DNA of 63,365 nt, the filler included, from Globobulimina sp. (Eukaryota), in NCBI GenBank assembly GCA_003354225.1. It is 34 parts of 34 records of this genome, joined end to end, with 100 filler letters (N's around TTAATTAATTAA, not from the genome) between each part and the next. Parts side by side here need not be neighbours in the genome. Positions count along the whole stretch, not along the records: positions 61,601 to 63,365 come from PIVH01012202.1; 33 more parts are not named here. The stretch is one strand, 5' to 3'. The notes beneath the pieces are model-generated. The model saw only the letters and a program-made list of their open reading frames with translations. It did not search any database and had not been told where the DNA came from. The position numbers and the translations under genes were made by a program. Shown piece by piece: positions 61,601 to 63,365 of the stretch; within the stretch, counting starts at the first letter, position 1; each line of letters opens with the position of its first letter.

Positions 61601-63355
61601 AAGTTCTACAATAACACAATCGAAGAAACCGAAGAAACCGAAGCCGAAGCCGAACTAATCTCTAATTATAACCCAAACGCAAACCTACTCCCGACAATGC
61701 CGATTGTATCCAGTTTGTCTGGCAGCGGCAGGCGGGCAGCGACGCCCATTGTGTCCAACATTTCCTCCGCCTCCTCCTCCCCAAATAATATATACCTCGC
61801 AAATAATGCAATATTGGACGATACCGCAAATGAGTACAGATGCACAGATACACAAAAATATAAGCTGTTTGACTCTTGTTTATCAAAATTAAAAGCCGAA
61901 CACCATGTTTATAACAATGAGAATTTGAATTTGTGCGAGTTTGAATTATCGCCACAATATTTAGTCTTTTTAGAGGATGCACGGAAACAATTCAACCAAG
62001 AAAATAATGAATATATTATAAGATCGTTGAACGGCGTACCGTCCTTAAAATCCACTTTACATAAACTGCGACATGGAAGTCAATGCATTGAGGAGCTATA
62101 TCGATTAACGCGGTCCTTCACCAGTCCCCTTTCGCACTTTGAGGCGTATAAACAGCGCAATATTACAGAATGGAGCTATAATTCCAACCCATTTTTCAAG
62201 CAACATATTGCGATCAAAGGCTATTATAATACATTTTTATCTGTGTACAAGAATGGAACATCGCAGTTCAAAACATGCCAGATTGGTTTGCATGAAATAT
62301 TCCATACGATTCTCATATCAAAAATGCACAATACAAATAGCGGCAAGATGTATATTAAAACGAATGATAATTTATATTTAGGTTCGGATAAAAATGGATT
62401 ATTATTCATTGGCAATGTAACCAAACATCATCAAATATGGACATTGAAAATGAATGCAAATCGAAAACAAATCACATATTCATTTAAGAATTGCTATGGT
62501 TTATATTTGGGAGCATATAAGAACGGCAATGCCATTGCAAATAGCAAATATAAAAAAGAGTTGCAGCGATTTATAATTTATACACTTGATAGCGGTATAA
62601 ATGTAAACGGCAATATAACTAAAAAAGCGTTGACAAAGCGGGGAAAACACAAAATGTCCATTGATGACATGGACATTAATATTCCTCCCGTGCCGGTACA
62701 AAAACGTATCAATGAACTCAATGATGCGGAGACTGGTTACGGTGACAAAGTTAAAACTGCACCGAAAATGTACAGAACTCGTAAACGCGGACATTTTCGT
62801 AGAAGATCAGAACAGAAAATACCAATACCACCACCGCCTCCGCCACCGTCCATGTCCATGTCAATGGGCAATGTGCAGAGAGTGGCGCCGCCTCCGAGAA
62901 ATAAAAAGAATATGTATTTAAAATTAGGTATACCGATGGTAGGCGGTACCGGCCATAATGTGCATGAGTCCATATTGCGAGGGATCAAAAATGCAAATAA
63001 GGGGAAGCACAAATTGAAGCGATATAGGAAAAGCAATGAGGATATTAAGTTAGAATCGTATGTTCAGTTGCAATTAAAAGAGAAAGTCACACATCGAAGA
63101 TCCCCGAGTATGGTGGCCAAATATGAGCCATTAATGGATGAATTAAGAAGGAAATTGAAAGAAAAAGAGAAATCTGCTCCGATTGAGATTGAAGAAAAGG
63201 AGGCAGTGCCATTAATGGATGAGTGTGGAGGTGGCGATGATGATGAAAAGGCAAAGCCAGCGGTGCCAAATAAGAGTGCAAGATTGGTGGAACAACAAAT
63301 AAGATCCAAATATCAAAGACCGTTACCTGCATTGCCACAATGTGACATTAAATAA
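61601..63355 (+). CDS. Fascin-like beta-trefoil protein with poly-Pro and WH2-like segments (actin-associated, inferred)
   Basis: YIKTNDNLYLGSDKNG, SFKNCYGLYLGAYKNG...QRF; PPPPPPP; LMDELRRKL. Confidence 0.6.
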   Translation, partial: KFYNNTIEETEETEAEAELISNYNPNANLLPTMPIVSSLSGSGRRAATPIVSNISSASSSPNNIYLANNAILDDTANEYRCTDTQKYKLFDSCLSKLKAEHHVYNNENLNLCEFELSPQYLVFLEDARKQFNQENNEYIIRSLNGVPSLKSTLHKLRHGSQCIEELYRLTRSFTSPLSHFEAYKQRNITEWSYNSNPFFKQHIAIKGYYNTFLSVYKNGTSQFKTCQIGLHEIFHTILISKMHNTNSGKMYIKTNDNLYLGSDKNGLLFIGNVTKHHQIWTLKMNANRKQITYSFKNCYGLYLGAYKNGNAIANSKYKKELQRFIIYTLDSGINVNGNITKKALTKRGKHKMSIDDMDINIPPVPVQKRINELNDAETGYGDKVKTAPKMYRTRKRGHFRRRSEQKIPIPPPPPPPSMSMSMGNVQRVAPPPRNKKNMYLKLGIPMVGGTGHNVHESILRGIKNANKGKHKLKRYRKSNEDIKLESYVQLQLKEKVTHRRSPSMVAKYEPLMDELRRKLKEKEKSAPIEIEEKEAVPLMDECGGGDDDEKAKPAVPNKSARLVEQQIRSKYQRPLPALPQCDIK

Positions 63356-63365
63356 AATTGACAAT

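Overview
This window is not one locus. It is 34 unrelated short contigs (1768 down to 1765 bp, sorted by length) joined by 33 artificial 100-nt linkers (N44-TTAATTAATTAA-N44), so gene neighbourhood only means something within a contig, and ORFs that run into X residues are truncated. Most contigs are AT-rich eukaryotic nuclear DNA with short GT-AG introns (34-169 nt), very compact head-to-head gene pairs and many disrupted copies. The protein families resemble those I recall from Foraminifera/Rhizaria such as Reticulomyxa; this is an inference, not a database result. Recognisable genes: GT23/FUT8-like fucosyltransferase, RasGEF, MAPK-like pseudokinase, SLC35A transporter, TRAPPC8, BRAP, PKG, RGS, ABI, RPL7A, Cdc25-like rhodanese, GCAT, AidB-like acyl-CoA dehydrogenase, ADP/ATP carrier, kinase-TLDc fusion and an NADP-IDH pseudogene. 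Mobile DNA: a LINE RT, a Ty3/Gypsy pol, a palindromic foldback element and several MITEs. Best leads: (1) a ~30-aa F-box-like module found on five contigs attached to four different domain types; (2) a virus-like gene-dense contig whose deoxynucleoside kinase P-loop is split by a spliceosomal intron; (3) a phage tail-collar domain on a eukaryotic membrane anchor and stalk; (4) a bacterial-type RtcB N-terminus behind a targeting-like presequence; (5) an in-frame junction between a eukaryotic gene and a bacterial RND pump, probably an amplification chimera. All family calls come from motif recognition by eye.
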